Shown here in pieces: positions 19,832 to 28,583 of a stretch of DNA of 64,000 nt. The stretch is from positions 64,001-128,000 of the forward strand of contig JALVYU010000031.1 of NCBI GenBank assembly GCA_027022365.1. The letters are read 5' to 3'. Within the stretch, counting starts at the first letter, position 1. Each line of letters opens with the position of its first letter. The translations under genes and the position numbers were made by a program. Below the pieces are notes generated by a model, which did not search any database, was not told the origin of the DNA, and worked only from the letters and a program-made list of their open reading frames with translations. This DNA comes from Desulfurococcales archaeon (GTDB lineage: Archaea; Thermoproteota; Thermoprotei_A; Sulfolobales; Desulfurococcaceae).

Positions 19832-21246
19832 CTCCCGCCTCCAATCGTTATCCTGGATACACGGACATGTGGGCCCCCATCTCCTACCCGCACCATCTGG
19901 CCTCCTTTGCCACAGCCTCCGAAAACGGATGTCTTGACTTTGAGATCGTTCGCCACCATGTCGACGTTCTTTAGCGTCTCGAGAATCATTCCTGAGAGCA
20001 TTACTCCTCTGACCATGTTCTTGATCTCGCCGTCCTCAATGATATAGCTTGGACCAGCTATGAAGGTGAAGGTACCCATGGCAGGGTTGACTTCTCCGCC
20101 AAGGGCCCCCCTACCCCTAATGTATACTCCGTGCTTGACATCCTCGAACAACTCTTCAGGCTTAGCCTCACCAGGAAGCATGAAAGTGTTGGTCTGTCTG
20201 ACGAGGACAGGGTAGCTATAAGACATTGCGCGCGCATTGCCTGTTGGTTCCCCGCCGACACTCTTGGCCGTCGTGAGGCTGTGGAGGAATCCCTTGAGGA
20301 CTCCCTTCTCCACGGTTGCCACCCGCTTCTTCGGTGTCCCCTCGTCATCATATGGTATCCAGAAGCCTCTCTCGACCAGTCCATCATCAACTATTGTTAC
20401 GAGGGAGCTTGCCACCTGCTGGCCTATCCTCCCCTTCAATATGCTTCCATTAGCTTCTACCTCGTCTGCCTCGGTTGCATGGCCGAACGCCTCGTGCAGC
20501 ATGAGGCCGACCATCTCGTTGTCGAGGATAGCCGTGTATACGCCGGGCTTTATCGCCGGGGCTTTACTGGCCTCTGAAGCTAGCTTCCCTACTTCTTCGG
20601 CGAAGATCCCCCAGTCTCTAGACTCTATGAATTCCCAGCCAGCCACGGCTGAGTCGGCATCGTATACTCGCTCCATGACCTCTCCATGTCTCCCTATGGC
20701 GAGTACACCTATACCGATCAGCCTCGTCTCCACTCGGACATCGTCGCCCCAGCTCGAGACATAGTGTCTCTTGTCGTGCTCATAGCCATACCTGATCAGG
20801 GCAGATACTATGCCTTCAACGCTCCTGCACCTCTTATAGGCTTCCACGACAATGTTTATCTTCATCGACGGGTCCACGTTTTCGGCTGAGATCTTATACG
20901 CACTTGTCCTAGAGTCCTTGTTGGTCTTCCTCTCATACAGCTCCTGCTTCTTTCCGGTGAGACGCATGGCTTTAGCAGCGCGTAGCGCATCCTCTACGGT
21001 CTTCTTAACTGATTCCCAGTCTGGCTTATTAGTTGAGGCGAACCCCATGTATCCGTCAAGATAAATTCTTACACCAACACCGTAAGTCTTATCAATACTG
21101 TATTCTCTGAGAACACCATTGTCCAAGTGTATTGTCTCGTAGAGCCTGCGTTGAACCCTTACATCAGCGAAGTCCACGCCTAGTTTCTCCGCGTAAGAGA
21201 GTATAGCGTAGGGGTCGAAGGGGTCAGGCATAATCTTGTACACCAC
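19828..21246 (-). CDS. tldD: TldD family metalloprotease
   Basis: HEAFGH, YDDEG, TGNARA, CGKGGQ...GGPH. Confidence 0.93.
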   Translation of the reverse strand: MVYKIMPDPFDPYAILSYAEKLGVDFADVRVQRRLYETIHLDNGVLREYSIDKTYGVGVRIYLDGYMGFASTNKPDWESVKKTVEDALRAAKAMRLTGKKQELYERKTNKDSRTSAYKISAENVDPSMKINIVVEAYKRCRSVEGIVSALIRYGYEHDKRHYVSSWGDDVRVETRLIGIGVLAIGRHGEVMERVYDADSAVAGWEFIESRDWGIFAEEVGKLASEASKAPAIKPGVYTAILDNEMVGLMLHEAFGHATEADEVEANGSILKGRIGQQVASSLVTIVDDGLVERGFWIPYDDEGTPKKRVATVEKGVLKGFLHSLTTAKSVGGEPTGNARAMSYSYPVLVRQTNTFMLPGEAKPEELFEDVKHGVYIRGRGALGGEVNPAMGTFTFIAGPSYIIEDGEIKNMVRGVMLSGMILETLKNVDMVANDLKVKTSVFGGCGKGGQMVRVGDGGPHVRVSRITIGGGR

Positions 21247-21377
21247 GCAATATTATCCACTATAGGTTATAGTATTGACCCGGAATAACAATCTTCTCCT
21301 ACGAGACAGGCCAGCATAAGCCTTGGTGGTGAACATATTATTGATACGGCCACATAGTATATTCTGGGTGTACAAGA

Positions 21378-21608
21378 TTGGCCGAGAAAACCTGTAGTGT
21401 TGAGGGCTGTGGGAAAACGGCCGCTCGAGAACTAAGTTATCCTGACGCCAAGGTATTAGAGGAGAAGGCTGGAATCAAGCTCAAAGTATATCATGCAAGG
21501 CCCCCGCGCAGGCCGGGAGTAGTCTATCTCTGCGAGGAACACTATAAGCTATGGAAGAGACTGAGCAGAGAAGAACGCAAGATCAGGGATATGGTTCTCA
21601 AGTCCTAG
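21378..21608 (+). CDS. Small putative zinc-finger protein
   Basis: CSVEGC...YLCEEH (C2-CH ligand set); upstream of the helicase. Confidence 0.7.
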   Translation: MAEKTCSVEGCGKTAARELSYPDAKVLEEKAGIKLKVYHARPPRRPGVVYLCEEHYKLWKRLSREERKIRDMVLKS

Positions 21609-21632
21609 TCTCCTCCGGCTGTGTGGAGCAAT

Positions 21633-23912
21633 ATGTATGAACCGTTGCTGGAAGAACTATCAGTTCTCATCAGGAGGACATGGGGGCAGGCAGGAGCCGG
21701 TATACGTCATGTATATGTAGAAGAAACTAGTGAGCCCGAGCTAGGCCCGTATATAGAGGATATAGGGCTACCACAGCCAGTCGTTAATGCTCTGAAGAGC
21801 AGGGGCATAGAGAGACTATATAGGTTCCAGTACGAGGCAATAAAGAAGATCATGAATGGATATAACGTGGTCATAGTTGCGGGCACAGGCACGGGTAAAA
21901 CCGAGGCTTTCCTAATACCTCTGATCAAATTGGGCCTCGAGGAGAAGGCGAGGCCGGTATCACTCCTGCTTTATCCAACAAAAGCACTTGCCAGAGACCA
22001 GCTCGCAAGGATCCATGGAGTACTTGGCTTCGGCGGTGTAACTGCCGCAGTATATGATGGTGATACACCGGCTAGGGATAGGAGGAGGATAAGCGCTAGT
22101 CCTCCGCATATACTGGTGACGAACCCGGACATGATACATGTAGGCCTAGTACTGAGTCCCGCGATTAGATCATTTGTTCGTTCGGCCAAGATAATGGTTT
22201 TCGACGAGCTCCACGTATACGAGGGGGTACTCGGCGCTCATGTCAGAGCTATAGTTGAGAGGATTAGGAGGCATAGAAGAGGGAAGAGGCCCCAGTTCAT
22301 AGGGGTCTCGGCAACCATAGGTAATCCAAAGGAGCACGCCGAGACATTATTTGATGCCCCTGTTGAGGTTGTTGAGGGGCCGAGGAGGAGGAAGGGGACG
22401 GCCTACCATGTACTGGTTTCGGCGGGAAAGCTTAGCAGGTGGACAGTCGCGGCGGGCCTAGCATCCATGCTTATAGACTTGGGCTTAAGAGTGCTAGTCT
22501 TCACGGATTCTCAGCAGATGGCTGAGCTCGTATCTAGGATCGCTAGGAGCTATGGCAAGCAATTGCTTGTTCACCGAGCAGGCCTAAAGCCTGAAGATAG
22601 GAGAATGGTTGAGCAAAAGCTTAGGACGGGCGAAGCTCGGGGTGTGGTTGCAACCCCGACCCTTGAGCTAGGCATAGATATTGGTTATCTGGACGCCGTG
22701 ATAATGGTGGCGCCTCCTCCCAGCTACGCGAAATACCTGCAGAGAGCAGGTAGAGCTGGGAGGAGGGGGCGTAAAGGCTATGTTTTCACAATCCTCGGCG
22801 ACGATCCGATCGATGCCTATTATGAGCGTAACCCGGAGCGGTTCTATGGGCAAGAAATACCTCCTAGCTACTTGGAGCCCGACAACGAGGAAGTGCTCAA
22901 GATACATGCTCTTGCACTCCTCCTGCAGGAGAAGCGGGTATTGGCAAAATATCTTAGAGATCCTTGGAGAAGAGCTCTGGATAGCCTCGTCTACGAGAGG
23001 CTCGCCGTTAAAATTGTTGATAGGTACGTGGTGAACTGGAGGCCGGCCTTCAAGGTCTTCCGTGAAAACTATGTATCGATAAGGGGTGCAGGGCCGCAGG
23101 TCAGGATAATAGATAGAGATACTGGCGAAGTGATCGGATACCGTGAGCTCCCACAAGCGATTCTCGACCTCCACAAAGAGGCAATATACCTGTGCTCAGG
23201 CAAGATCTATGAGAGCCTGGAAATAGATCCTAAGAATAGAGTCGCGTATGTCCGGAGACTACCGGACGACACACCATATTATACGAGGCCCCTCTACAGC
23301 GTGGACGTCGTGGACTACGACACGATCATGGAGCGTACAACCGATAGGGGTATACCACTGGCCTATGCGAGGGCTGTATTAAAGATAATTGTCGAGGGAT
23401 ACGTACTGAGAAACTACTATGATACCGGGAAGAAAGGCTACAAGAACTGGCTAGACGAACCAGTATCCTACAGCTACGTGACAAGAGCCGTTTTCGCCAA
23501 GTACCCGGTCAACGGGGAATGGGACTGGATTAGCAATGCGGAGGCCTTCCATGCAATCGAGCATGCAGTGATCAGCGCTGCCCGGCCAGTCTGCGGCGCA
23601 GGACTGGGAGATATGGGCGGGATAAGCTATCCCAGCGGCGACATCGTCTTCTACGATGCAGCTCCAGGAGGCTCCGGTCTCGCCAGGCTATTGTATGATA
23701 GATACGAGAAGGCCGAGGACATAGCATACGAGATCATGGCTCGATGCGACTGCCTGGACGGGTGCCCAAGATGCATATACAGCCCTTACTGTGGCAACAA
23801 CAACCAGGTCCTCTCGAGAACAAAGGCTCTCCATGTACTGGGCCTTGTCAGGAAGAACAGGTATAAGCTTCCAGCTCCCCTCGTGGATAAGTATGGTAAG
23901 GGGATCGTGTAG
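21633..23912 (+). CDS. DEAD/DEAH-box helicase with C-terminal DUF1998 (Hrq1/MrfA/SftH-like)
   Basis: GTGTGKT, DELH, SAT, QRAGRAGR; HAIEH...CDCLDGCPRC...CG zinc motif. Confidence 0.92.
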   Translation: MYEPLLEELSVLIRRTWGQAGAGIRHVYVEETSEPELGPYIEDIGLPQPVVNALKSRGIERLYRFQYEAIKKIMNGYNVVIVAGTGTGKTEAFLIPLIKLGLEEKARPVSLLLYPTKALARDQLARIHGVLGFGGVTAAVYDGDTPARDRRRISASPPHILVTNPDMIHVGLVLSPAIRSFVRSAKIMVFDELHVYEGVLGAHVRAIVERIRRHRRGKRPQFIGVSATIGNPKEHAETLFDAPVEVVEGPRRRKGTAYHVLVSAGKLSRWTVAAGLASMLIDLGLRVLVFTDSQQMAELVSRIARSYGKQLLVHRAGLKPEDRRMVEQKLRTGEARGVVATPTLELGIDIGYLDAVIMVAPPPSYAKYLQRAGRAGRRGRKGYVFTILGDDPIDAYYERNPERFYGQEIPPSYLEPDNEEVLKIHALALLLQEKRVLAKYLRDPWRRALDSLVYERLAVKIVDRYVVNWRPAFKVFRENYVSIRGAGPQVRIIDRDTGEVIGYRELPQAILDLHKEAIYLCSGKIYESLEIDPKNRVAYVRRLPDDTPYYTRPLYSVDVVDYDTIMERTTDRGIPLAYARAVLKIIVEGYVLRNYYDTGKKGYKNWLDEPVSYSYVTRAVFAKYPVNGEWDWISNAEAFHAIEHAVISAARPVCGAGLGDMGGISYPSGDIVFYDAAPGGSGLARLLYDRYEKAEDIAYEIMARCDCLDGCPRCIYSPYCGNNNQVLSRTKALHVLGLVRKNRYKLPAPLVDKYGKGIV

Positions 23913-23964
23913 ATGATCCTGTAGGATTACGTTATATTATAGTGGAGCACAATATTTCTTCCAT

Positions 23965-24024
23965 GCGGGATGACCGGGGCCTCTACTAGCTGAGCAATGA
24001 TGTATTCACGGACCGGGGGACCGT
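23965..24024 (+). ncRNA. Possible box C/D guide sRNA
   Basis: GGGATGA (23967-73), D' CTGA (23990-93), C'-like ATGATGT (23997-24003), degenerate D box; short GCGG/CCGT stem; TATA-like TTATATTA at 23931-38. Confidence 0.45.
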
Positions 24025-24032
24025 TGAATAAT

Positions 24033-24503
24033 TCATTTCTCGCCCTGATAGTAGCCATTATAGGTCTTCTTAGTCTCGCCCGTCATCCTGAACAGGACGA
24101 GCTGGGCTATCTGAGCCCCTTTATCAATGATTATGCCGTGGGGATTATGCACTACCAGGAGCCCGGATCCCCTTCCTCTATACCCTGGATCCCATACCGC
24201 GGTGTAGAGGGTTGCCCCCATCCTTATGAGGCTGGATCTCTGTATCGCCAAGCCCATATAGCCGTTCGGTATCTCGATCCACTCCTTGTACTTGACATAG
24301 TATGGGCCGGGATCGAGCTTGAACGAACCGTTATCCGGGGTGATTTCACGGTACTCTGGGAGAACACGTTCTTCCATTCCTAAACGACCATGTGTTTCTA
24401 GGACGTATACCCTGTCTAGATGTAGTTTAAGGCCCGCACAGTCGGTCTCCTCATAACTAGCTCCAAGAAGTTCAACTAGATCCTCGGGCCTCAGCACCAC
24501 CAT
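24033..24503 (-). CDS. dUTPase / dCTP deaminase family protein
   Basis: QRSSLIRMG, AVWDPGYRGR, IAQL, YNGYYQGE. Confidence 0.9.
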   Translation of the reverse strand: MVVLRPEDLVELLGASYEETDCAGLKLHLDRVYVLETHGRLGMEERVLPEYREITPDNGSFKLDPGPYYVKYKEWIEIPNGYMGLAIQRSSLIRMGATLYTAVWDPGYRGRGSGLLVVHNPHGIIIDKGAQIAQLVLFRMTGETKKTYNGYYQGEK

Positions 24504-24564
24504 TCTTTTCTCACCATTCCTATTGATTGGATGGGATTAGGTTTAATAGTATGGAACCAAATAC

Positions 24565-24578
24565 TGTGCAATAGCACA
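24565..24578. promoter_or_regulatory. Palindrome TGTGC-AATA-GCACA downstream of a TATA-like box (TTTAATAG, 24542-49); candidate operator
   Basis: Perfect 5-bp inverted repeat near the expected start site of the NifX/DUF134 operon; same motif recurs at 33778 and 33803. Confidence 0.6.
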
Positions 24579-24603
24579 TAAAACAAAGAGAGGTGCATAG
24601 CGC

Positions 24604-25089
24604 ATGGCATGGAACGGTTACAGCCAGCCGAGAGGACAGGGAAGAGGAGGCTACGGCTACGGTAGAGGAGGCATGGGCAGAGGAGCCGGATGGAGAGGCC
24701 AGGGGGGAGGCCCGCCACTGATAAACCTTCCACCCATAAAGCCCCCGGCACCGGGAGCAATAAGGATAGCCGCAATGGTCAATACTCCCCACGGCCTAGA
24801 AGCAACACTAGCACCCCACTATAGGAGAGCACCATATATAGTACTGGTTGACATAGCAGGCGGAAAACCCGTCTGGGTAACCAGTATCCCGAACCCAGCC
24901 GCTACAACGCATGGTGGTGGAGGGATTCTTGCCCAGTGGCTCGCATCCATAGGGGTTAAGTATGTTGTCTCAGGCCATATAGGGCCATCAGCTGCAAGAA
25001 CACTGGTATCGCTAGGAGTGACTATAAGGGTACTACCGCCGGGGACGAGGCTAGTTGACGCACTTAGACAACTAGGATTGCTGGCCTAG
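24604..25089 (+). CDS. NifB/NifX (FeMo-co binding fold) family protein with Gly/Arg-rich N-terminus
   Basis: HYRRAPYIVLVD...NP...GGG...VVSGHIGPSA; N-terminal GRGGYGYGRGGMGRG. Confidence 0.85.
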   Translation: MAWNGYSQPRGQGRGGYGYGRGGMGRGAGWRGQGGGPPLINLPPIKPPAPGAIRIAAMVNTPHGLEATLAPHYRRAPYIVLVDIAGGKPVWVTSIPNPAATTHGGGGILAQWLASIGVKYVVSGHIGPSAARTLVSLGVTIRVLPPGTRLVDALRQLGLLA

Positions 25090-25162
25090 TAGATCATCGG
25101 GTAATAGAATCAATAATTAATCATTGTTTTTCCAAATAATATTCCCTGGAGGTTATATAGAG

Positions 25163-25519
25163 ATGAACATGATGGGTCCTAGGAGATGGAGATGGGGCCG
25201 CCGAGGCCCGGGCAGACCGCCGAAGCCCAGGTGGATATGGGGATTTCCTGGGAGACTGAGCTTCATACCGTTCGATGAGACAGGCCAGCCCATCAATGCA
25301 GAACCAGTTATTCTCAGGCCGGACGAGGTAGAGGCTCTGAGGCTAGTCTACTATGAGGGCCTCAACCAGGAAGAAGCAGCAAAGAAAATGGGTGTCTCGA
25401 GGGGAACCCTCTGGCGTGCACTGGCGAGTGGTAGGAAGAAAGTCGTCCAGGCCCTTATTGAGAGAAGACCCCTGGTTATAGGCTACTGGGGGGACAGAAT
25501 AGAGCAACAGCCCGAATAG
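25163..25519 (+). CDS. DUF134 family HTH protein
   Basis: GRPPKPR...DEVEALRLVYYEGLNQEEAAKKMGVSRGTLWRALASGRKKVVQAL; RBS GGAGG before the ATG at 25163. Confidence 0.9.
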   Translation: MNMMGPRRWRWGRRGPGRPPKPRWIWGFPGRLSFIPFDETGQPINAEPVILRPDEVEALRLVYYEGLNQEEAAKKMGVSRGTLWRALASGRKKVVQALIERRPLVIGYWGDRIEQQPE

Positions 25520-25602
25520 CATTATGAGTAAACACGAGTAATGTATTATTTTGTCAAAAATGAATTTACAGGTTATTTGATGTATAGGAAAACATGATTG
25601 TT

Positions 25603-26889
25603 TTATCGCTTATTTAGACCTACGAGGCTGAGTATTCTCGGCAGTAACAGCCATCCATGCTCTATGATCCCCAGCCTGCCCTTAACGCATTTCTTTTCAA
25701 CAAGCTGATCCACGTCGTCGGGCTCTATCCCTGGGGCATAGACCGCCACCGGCACAGGATCGTCCGTGTGCGCTCCAACGCTCGGCGGTGTGGCATGGTC
25801 TGCCGTTACTAGGATCGCCGTATCGCTGGGCATTCTCTCGAGGAATGGCCGGACGAAATACTCGTCTATCTCCTCTATCCTCTTCTTCTTCAGCTCCATA
25901 TCCTTATCGTGTCCCGGCTCGTCGGGGCCCTTTAGGTGAACGTAGACAATGTTGTATGTTTTTAGGAGCTCGAGTGTTTTCTCAAGCCTTATACTGTAGA
26001 TCTCCTTTGGATCCCCTATTGGTGGTTCGAGGGCGACAGTGTCCGCACCAAAGATCCTTCCTATACCGATCTCCACGGGCATTTCTGCTAAAACGGCGAA
26101 TTTGAGACCGTATTTCTCGGGTAAGGGTGTTGCACGCGGTATTTTTCCGCCAGCGTCCCTGAGAAGTATGGCATTTGCTGGTAGTAGCCCCTTCTTCCTC
26201 CTAGCCTCATTTACCGGATGTTTATCTAGTATCTGGATGGCTTTCTCAGTGAATATGTTTGCTAGCTCAGCAGTTATCCTAGCCTCAATCGTGTCTTCAA
26301 GAGGCTCGATCTTCTTTACGTATGGCTCGAACTCCTTTACTGCTACACTGAGAAGACCTTTACGGGTGTACGCCGGATCACTATTGCCTACATATGGGCT
26401 GAGCCTATGTGTCCTACTACCTATTATGACTACCGCACGATGCCCAACAGTAGCCTTCACTCTTGCGTAGCCATCATATTTTCCGAGCTCCATACCGTCC
26501 AGCGCTTTTGCAAGTTCTCGGGCTTCCTCCGTCTCAAGGTTTCTGCCTACACGCCTATCAATCAACTTCTTGGTACTCGGATCTATTGTCGCGAAATTAG
26601 CTCTGAAAGCTATCTCGTAGCCCTCCTTAATGGTCATTCCCGCACCAACAGCCTCGATCGGCCCTCTCCCGGTATAGACTTCATGAGGATTATATCCTAT
26701 TATCGATATAACCGCCTCATCGCTCTCCGGCGCGATCCCTTTCTCAACAGTATACATGGCTCCACAAACACCGTCCCTAGCGATCCTGTCAAGACCCGGT
26801 TTATAGGCCTTCTCAAGAGTCGTCACAGGATCAGATAATCTATCAGCCATGCCGTCCAGAACTAGGTACAGAAGCCTCTTAACAACCAT
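25603..26889 (-). CDS. apgM: 2,3-bisphosphoglycerate-independent phosphoglycerate mutase family (paralog 1)
   Basis: LDGMAD, PESD, GRGPIEA, DRR, KGPDEPGHD, TADHATP, H..DPVP. Confidence 0.85.
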   Translation of the reverse strand: MVVKRLLYLVLDGMADRLSDPVTTLEKAYKPGLDRIARDGVCGAMYTVEKGIAPESDEAVISIIGYNPHEVYTGRGPIEAVGAGMTIKEGYEIAFRANFATIDPSTKKLIDRRVGRNLETEEARELAKALDGMELGKYDGYARVKATVGHRAVVIIGSRTHRLSPYVGNSDPAYTRKGLLSVAVKEFEPYVKKIEPLEDTIEARITAELANIFTEKAIQILDKHPVNEARRKKGLLPANAILLRDAGGKIPRATPLPEKYGLKFAVLAEMPVEIGIGRIFGADTVALEPPIGDPKEIYSIRLEKTLELLKTYNIVYVHLKGPDEPGHDKDMELKKKRIEEIDEYFVRPFLERMPSDTAILVTADHATPPSVGAHTDDPVPVAVYAPGIEPDDVDQLVEKKCVKGRLGIIEHGWLLLPRILSLVGLNKR

Positions 26890-26989
26890 AGCCGCAACAC
26901 CACATGATCATGTTTCTGGTCAAAGCTATATAGAATGGTGCTAATAACATTAATTCCTGTTTCCTAAAGAAAATATTGTAAGTAGTAAG

Positions 26990-27673
26990 CTAATCTAGAC
27001 ATCTCTGCATAATTTCGTGGAGAGGTCTAGACTGAGACACTATCATGTAATCATATCTTTTCTCGCCCGCAACCTCATAAATTATTGTTATCTCATCACA
27101 CGAGATCAGGATAGATGGTGTATCTATTATTTTCAAAGTCTTGATATGATCTTTGTAAAGGTCGAGGAAATCCCTTATTTCTGGATAATCTACGGCTTTT
27201 CTTGTATAATATATTGTGAAGTTATCTCTACCGGTCAAGAACCTCTTAAGATAGTTTAGAATGACGTGTCTTCCCCGTAGACAAATTGTTTTTTCACGGG
27301 GTACGAATCCCTTCTTATATTTCGATAATAGGTCCCGGATTCTCGCTATGTTTTCCTCTAGTTCTCTGAGTTTTGAGACAAGTTCTTCTCTTAGTTTGGC
27401 TATATAGTTTGAGAGCGCTATTCCTGGATCTAGGGCCTCGAATTTTAGGGGTCGACCCGGTATACTGGCTACGAAGCCCTTTTCCTCAAGCTGGTTCAGT
27501 ACATCGTATACCCTGGTATAAGGTATGCCGCTGAGATCGCTTATCTCGCTGGCCGTTGCGGTTCCTCTTATGAGTAATGTAAAGTATACTTTTGCCTCGT
27601 AGAGGGATAACCCTATTCTCTGTAATTCTTCTATAATAGTCTTTTCAGTACTCTTGACCAATCTCCGTGGCAC
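26990..27673 (-). CDS. TrmB family transcriptional regulator
   Basis: GLSLYEAKVYFTLL...TASEISDLSGIPYTRVYDVLNQLEEKG...GRP; short C-terminal domain. Confidence 0.92.
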   Translation of the reverse strand: MPRRLVKSTEKTIIEELQRIGLSLYEAKVYFTLLIRGTATASEISDLSGIPYTRVYDVLNQLEEKGFVASIPGRPLKFEALDPGIALSNYIAKLREELVSKLRELEENIARIRDLLSKYKKGFVPREKTICLRGRHVILNYLKRFLTGRDNFTIYYTRKAVDYPEIRDFLDLYKDHIKTLKIIDTPSILISCDEITIIYEVAGEKRYDYMIVSQSRPLHEIMQRCLD

Positions 27674-27685
27674 CCCCCTGCGTGT

Positions 27686-28429
27686 CTAGTATACGAGCTT
27701 CTCTGGCTTCTCGACGACGATACCGTTTCTTGTTAAGTGGTATTTGAACGGGTTCCTTGGATACCTTGTCTTGATACACCTTGTGATCTCGAAGTACCTA
27801 ATCGTCTGATCCAGATCTGATATCCTGTGGAGGGTGATGACCACGTCGGGCAACTGCTTCATAAAAGTCTCCGTATACTTGTCTTTGACTCCTTCTGTAT
27901 AGACCAGCATGTATATTCCATTGTATTTCCGGGCCTCAGCATGTAATCTCTCTATGAAGTATGGTATTTTCTCCTTCGGCGCCGTGAAGAATATAGTTGA
28001 AACATGGCTGAATACGAGCCGTGCTTTCTCTGCGTCCTCGAATACTTCTCTTTCCGCCATCACTATTGTCCTGATCACTTCGTCTAGGTCGAAGGGGTTT
28101 TCGAGAAGGTACTGGGCGCTGCTCTCAACACCCACTCTTGGAGAGAACCCATCTATAAATACTAGTTTATCCTCGTAGAAGAACTTCCGGGCATCCCATC
28201 CATACTTAGCCATGTTATCTAATAGGTCGTCGGGGAAAGCATCAACTGTAATGTATATTGCTTTCTCCCCGTGTTTTAGACCGTGATACATTATCTGTTG
28301 TGCGAACGTATTCTTATTAGTGCCTATGTCGCCTGTGATGAGCACAGAGGACGGTCTTGGGAACCCGCCTTCGAGGATCTCGTCTAGGGCGGGGATCCCT
28401 GTAGATGCACGATCTATGGTTTTGGCCAT
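27686..28429 (-). CDS. KaiC/RAD55-like ATPase with degenerate catalytic motifs
   Basis: STGIPALDEILEGGFP...; Walker A reads GDIGTNKNT; ITVDA where EE is usual; RLVFSH where Walker B is usual. Confidence 0.85.
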   Translation of the reverse strand: MAKTIDRASTGIPALDEILEGGFPRPSSVLITGDIGTNKNTFAQQIMYHGLKHGEKAIYITVDAFPDDLLDNMAKYGWDARKFFYEDKLVFIDGFSPRVGVESSAQYLLENPFDLDEVIRTIVMAEREVFEDAEKARLVFSHVSTIFFTAPKEKIPYFIERLHAEARKYNGIYMLVYTEGVKDKYTETFMKQLPDVVITLHRISDLDQTIRYFEITRCIKTRYPRNPFKYHLTRNGIVVEKPEKLVY

Positions 28430-28500
28430 GACCTACTACCATACCTTATATTTTAAATAATATTTTAAATATCCCTGTATTAATGCTGTGCTGTTTTTGT

Positions 28501-28520
28501 TTTTCACTCAATAGTGAAAA
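28501..28520. promoter_or_regulatory. Palindrome TTTTCACT-CAAT-AGTGAAAA, candidate TrmB operator 1
   Basis: Perfect 8-bp inverted repeat immediately upstream of TATA-like TTATATAT (28523-30). Confidence 0.7.
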
Positions 28521-28563
28521 TCTTATATATTGAAGGAATACAGATCATAATATAATAGAGCTA

Positions 28564-28583
28564 TTTTCACTACAGGGTGAAAA
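28564..28583. promoter_or_regulatory. Palindrome TTTTCAC-TACAGG-GTGAAAA, candidate TrmB operator 2
   Basis: Second copy of TTTTCAC-N6-GTGAAAA, overlapping the RBS/start region of the DASS gene. Confidence 0.7.

Noticed and set aside
24604-25089. Evidence for nitrogen fixation
   Set aside because: NifB/NifX-like domains are widespread in non-diazotrophs and no nif structural genes are present
27686-28429. Circadian clock kaiC
   Set aside because: Single domain, degenerate motifs and no kaiA/kaiB
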